Shown here one piece after another: positions 60,322 to 64,000 of a stretch of 64,000 nt of DNA. How positions within the stretch are numbered: the stretch's first letter is position 1; every line of letters begins with the position of its first letter. A program made the translations under genes and the position numbers. This DNA comes from Gemmatimonadota bacterium. GTDB lineage: Bacteria; Gemmatimonadota; Gemmatimonadetes; Gemmatimonadales; GWC2-71-9. The stretch spans positions 11,021-75,020 of the forward strand of contig JBDHDE010000005.1 in the NCBI GenBank assembly GCA_039591655.1. The letters run 5' to 3'. The notes under the pieces are model-generated. The model ran no database searches. It was not told the origin of the DNA and saw only the letters and a program-made list of their open reading frames with translations.

Positions 60322-61232
60322 ATGCGTCTGTTCCCGATAATCGCCGTCGCCGGCGGCATCGCCCTGGGACACGCCGCGGATATGCCGGCGCCCACACTGA
60401 GCGTCGCCCTGCAGCAGTGCGAGGAGTCGGAGCTGCAGGAAGCAGCGATGAACGCGCTGCTGCAGATGGAAACCGAGCACGCGATGCCCATCCTGCAGCG
60501 GGTCCTGGCCCGGCGGGACGACTGCTCGGTCAAGCTGCGCCGCAAGGCGGTGTTCGTCGTGGCGCAGCACGAGACCGAGCAGACCGAAGAGATCCTGCTG
60601 GAGGTGGTCCGGACCGACCCCGATGTAGGTGTGAGAGAGCAGGCGGTGTTTTGGCTCTCCCAGGTCGAGGGAGACCAGGCTGTGGTTGCGCTGGACTCGA
60701 TCCTGAACGAATCGGCCGAGCGGGTGCTGCAGGAGAAGGCGATCTTCGCGCTGTCCCAGCACGGGAGCGCCAGGGCTGGGGAGCTGCTGCGGGACTACGC
60801 CGCGCGCGCGGATGCACCGGAGTCTCTGCGGGAGAAGGCCATCTTCTGGATCGGCAACGGCGAGTCCAGCGCGGACCTGGCGTACCTGCAGGACCTCTAC
60901 GGTAGGGTCTCCAGCCAGCGGCTCAAGGAGAAGATCATCTTCGCTGTGTCCCAGAGCGAAGCGGTCGAGAGCCGGGACTGGTTGTTGGGCGTAGCGGGCG
61001 ACGAGGCCGAGCCCCTCAGCCTCCGCAAGAAATCCCTGTTCTGGGTGACCCAGCGGGACGAATTCGACGCCGGCGATCTGGCTGCGTTGTACGAGCGCAC
61101 CGCGGAGCGCGAGTTGAAGGAACAGATCGTGTTCGGGCTGTCGCAGCGGGACGAGCCCGAGGCGGTCGACCAGTTGAGCCGCGGGTGGCGGAGTTCCTGC
61201 TGGAGATCATTGGCCAGGAGGAGTCCCAATGA
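60322..61232 (+). pseudogene. Second HEAT-repeat gene, frameshifted by a ~73-nt deletion near 61177
   Basis: Paralogue of the upstream gene; after AVDQL only 2 nt replace 25 codons, and PRVAEFLLEIIGQEESQ* resumes in another frame, ending at the TGA overlapping the next ATG. Confidence 0.75.
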
Positions 61233-62002
61233 GAATGATGGAGCGAAAGGCTGCGAGCGTCGCGGCGGGCGCCCTCCTGGGTCTCCTGCTGGTGGCGCCC
61301 CCGGCCCAGGCACAGTCCATCGCCGATCAGGTGGCCAGCGTGCGAGATGGACAGGTGCGCATGAGCTACGCGGCCAAGGAAGGCGTCTGCGGCAACGGCC
61401 GCAACATATCCTTCTCCCGCAGCACGGATGACTGGGAGAGCTGGTGCGAGCACGGGCCGGTGCGGGTAGCCATCGACATCGAAGATCGCGACATCGTCGA
61501 CATCGACACCTACGTGGGCGGCCGCTGGCGCGAGCGGGACAACGTGACCGATCTGGGGGAGGTGCCGGCGCAACAGGCCGCCGACTATTTCCTGTCGCTG
61601 GCGGCATCGCTGGAGAGCGACGCGGGCGAGGATGCCATCTTTCCGGCGATGATCGCCGACGGCGTGGTGGCCTGGCCCAGGGTCCTGGAGATCGCCAAGG
61701 ACGACTCCCGCCCCCGGGAGACGCGCAAGAGCGCGACCTTCTGGCTGTCCCAGGCTGCCGGTGAGGCTGCCGTAGAGGGTCTGGAGGAGCTGGTGGACGA
61801 CGAGGACGGCGACTTCGAGGTGCGCAAGAGTGCCGTGTTCGCCCTGTCGCAGCTGCCGGACGACGAGGGCGTGACCGTCCTCATCCGGGTGGCACGCTCC
61901 AACGGGGACCCCCGGATCCGCAAGCAGGCCGTCTTCTGGCTGGGGCAGAGCGGGGATCCCAGGGCAATAGCGCTGTTCGAGGAGCTGCTGACGCAGCCCT
62001 GA
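61229..62002 (+). CDS. Exported HEAT-repeat protein with N-terminal Cys-pair domain
   Basis: Signal peptide, GVCGNG...CEHGPVRV, then ATFWLSQ/AVFALSQ/AVFWLGQSGDPRA repeats. Confidence 0.88.
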   Translation: MRMMERKAASVAAGALLGLLLVAPPAQAQSIADQVASVRDGQVRMSYAAKEGVCGNGRNISFSRSTDDWESWCEHGPVRVAIDIEDRDIVDIDTYVGGRWRERDNVTDLGEVPAQQAADYFLSLAASLESDAGEDAIFPAMIADGVVAWPRVLEIAKDDSRPRETRKSATFWLSQAAGEAAVEGLEELVDDEDGDFEVRKSAVFALSQLPDDEGVTVLIRVARSNGDPRIRKQAVFWLGQSGDPRAIALFEELLTQP

Positions 62003-62160
62003 GTTCCCCAGGGCTCGCCCCGCTACCGAAGCGCGGCGGGGCTGCCAAGGCCGGCGGGTGGCGCGAGCCATCTGCCGGCCTTCTGCGCTCACCGTGGGCC
62101 TGTCATTCCAGTTCGGTAGCTCTCATCTTATAGGCACCCTCCAGTCACTGAGTGCAAGAG

Positions 62161-63603
62161 ATGACACCCTCACGATTCCCGAGCGCCTGCACCTGCTTCA
62201 TCGCGCTGCTTCTTGCCGGCTGCGCCGTGAACCCCGCCACCGGCGAGAGGGAGCTCATGCTGGTGAGCGAGTCGCAGGAGATCGCCATGGGACGCGACTA
62301 CGACCCCGCCGTCGTGGCACAGTTCGGCGTCTACCCCGACTCGGGCGTCCAGGCGTATGTGCGGGGCATTGGTGAGCGCATGGCCGCTATCTCGGAGCGT
62401 CCTCACCTCCCGTGGACATTCCGAGTGGTGGACGATCCGTTGGTGAATGCCTTCGCCGTGCCCGGGGGGTTCATCTACATCACCCGGGGGATCATGGTCT
62501 ATCTCAACTCGGAGGCCGAATTGGCTTCCGTGATGGGCCACGAGATCGGTCACGTCACGGCCCGGCACTCGGCGGCGCAGATGTCGCAAGCGCAGCTCGC
62601 CCAGGTGGGGCTGGTGGCCGGCGCGGTGCTGGTGCCGGAAGCCCGCGACTACCTCGGGGTCGCCGGCGCCGGGCTGCAGCTGCTGTTCCTCAAGTTCGGA
62701 CGCGACGACGAGCGCCAGTCCGACGACCTGGCGATTCGCTATATGTCACGCACCGGCTATGACCTGCGGGAGTCCCCCGACGTGTACGAGATGCTGCGCA
62801 ACGTGAGTGCCGCGAGCGGCGGGGGAGGGATGCCGGAGTGGCTCTCCACCCATCCCGACCCGGCGAACCGCAGGGAGCGCATCCTGGCCCAGATCGATAC
62901 CATCCCGCCATCGCCCGATTGGATGGTCGGCCACCAGGAGTACCTGCGCCGCATCGACGGGATGACCTACGGGGAGAACCCCCGGGAGGGCTTCTTCCGG
63001 GAGCAGTCCTTCTACCACCCCGATCTCCGGTTCCGGCTAGAGTTCCCCCAGGGCTGGCGCACGGCCAACTCCAAGCAGGCGGTGGCGGCTCTGAGCCCCG
63101 AGGAGGACGCCATCGTCCAGCTCACCCTGGGGGAGGGGGACTCCCCCGTCTCCGCCACGCGGGCCTTCGTGAGCCAGGAGGGCGTGAGCGGTGGATCGGT
63201 GCAGTCGGGGAGCATCCATGGGTTCCCCGCCGCGTCGGCGAATTTCGCGGCGACGACGGAGCAGGGCACGCTACGAGGCGTCGTGGCCTTCGTGTCGTAC
63301 GGTGGGCTACTGTATCGCCTGTTGGGGTACACGCCGGAAGCGCAGTGGGGGACGTACCGCAGGATATTCCAGGCATTCATCGGGAGCTTCGATCGGCTCA
63401 CCGATCGCGCGGCGCTGAACGTCCAGCCGCTGAGGTTGGAGATAGTGCGCCTCGACCGGGCCATGACCCTGGAGGAGTTCCATCGGCGCTACCCGTCGCA
63501 GGTGGAGCTCCAGGACCTCGTGCTGCTCAACCAGGTGGAGCCCGGTGAGTGGCTCGCTGCCGGGACGCGGGTGAAGCGTGTGGTAGGCGGGCCCCTGCCG
63601 TAA
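62161..63603 (+). CDS. M48-family zinc metalloprotease lipoprotein
   Basis: Lipobox LAGC, NPATG, NAFA.PGG.IYITRG, HEIGH, DERQSD, STHP. Confidence 0.93.
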   Translation: MTPSRFPSACTCFIALLLAGCAVNPATGERELMLVSESQEIAMGRDYDPAVVAQFGVYPDSGVQAYVRGIGERMAAISERPHLPWTFRVVDDPLVNAFAVPGGFIYITRGIMVYLNSEAELASVMGHEIGHVTARHSAAQMSQAQLAQVGLVAGAVLVPEARDYLGVAGAGLQLLFLKFGRDDERQSDDLAIRYMSRTGYDLRESPDVYEMLRNVSAASGGGGMPEWLSTHPDPANRRERILAQIDTIPPSPDWMVGHQEYLRRIDGMTYGENPREGFFREQSFYHPDLRFRLEFPQGWRTANSKQAVAALSPEEDAIVQLTLGEGDSPVSATRAFVSQEGVSGGSVQSGSIHGFPAASANFAATTEQGTLRGVVAFVSYGGLLYRLLGYTPEAQWGTYRRIFQAFIGSFDRLTDRAALNVQPLRLEIVRLDRAMTLEEFHRRYPSQVELQDLVLLNQVEPGEWLAAGTRVKRVVGGPLP

Positions 63604-63625
63604 CGGATCTCAGACGGGAGGCGCT

Positions 63626-64000
63626 GTGCCCCGTGAGCCCCAGCTGCGACTCACCGAGCGAACGGCGCGCATAGTGCACGCCAGCATCGTCGGGGGCGTG
63701 GCGATCATGATTCTGGTGATTGCGGCGCTGCGGACTACGCTCTCACTCGATCCCTTCGATCAGCTCACCACGGCGTTCCGGGTAGTGGCTGTGGGCGTGC
63801 TGCTACTGTCGGTGTTCGTGATGCGAACCGTCCGCAGCAGCATGGAGCCGGTCGCACCGCGGGGCGACCGCGATGCGTGGTGGCGGGCCAACATGCCCCG
63901 CGCGCTGGTCGTCTGGGCGGTGGCGGAGGGGGCCGCCCTAGCGGGCGCGGTGTTCTGGCTCCTCACCGGCGACTTCGTGATCCTGGTGGTGGTGACGGGC
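63626..64000 (+). CDS. Membrane protein (3' truncated by window)
   Basis: GGGAGG RBS, GTG start, open hydrophobic frame to the window end (WA.AEG). Confidence 0.6.
   Translation, partial: MPREPQLRLTERTARIVHASIVGGVAIMILVIAALRTTLSLDPFDQLTTAFRVVAVGVLLLSVFVMRTVRSSMEPVAPRGDRDAWWRANMPRALVVWAVAEGAALAGAVFWLLTGDFVILVVVTG

Noticed and set aside
61179..61431. Real C-terminal extension of the second HEAT ORF to 61431
   Set aside because: Out-of-frame read-through after the deletion, overlapping the next gene.

Overview
High-GC bacterial chromosomal window. The gene content (two membrane Ser/Thr kinase-TPR proteins, an ECF sigma/anti-sigma/HEAT-repeat cluster, a caa3 oxidase operon, outer-membrane barrels) suggests a Gemmatimonadota-like diderm; this is inference, not a lookup. 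The first ~9.7 kb look accessory. They hold a GntR-SPFH pair and a two-component system plus lipoprotein bracketed by an exact 32-bp direct repeat. Next to that lies a 5'-half tRNA-Leu(TAG) fragment, and three small genes have integron-cassette-like GTTAGGC/GCCTAAC ends with no integrase in the window. The rest looks more like core genome: a CoA-transferase III; a Tat-less molybdopterin oxidoreductase/4Fe-4S/NrfD operon; CPA2, OPT and MscS transporters; a metallophosphoesterase plus kinase-like/Omp85 barrel pair; UPF0182, PP2C, fabH, pcm; the cox operon and ctaB; degP, dnaK (candidate sigma54 promoter), a rhomboid, a porin, nupC-PNP; the ECF-HEAT cluster; and an M48 peptidase. Two genes (a GH38-like gene and the second HEAT gene) have clean internal deletions that could be real or assembly artefacts. 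No CRISPR, rRNA, intact tRNA, transposase or integrase was seen. All family calls come from motif recognition by eye, without database searches.
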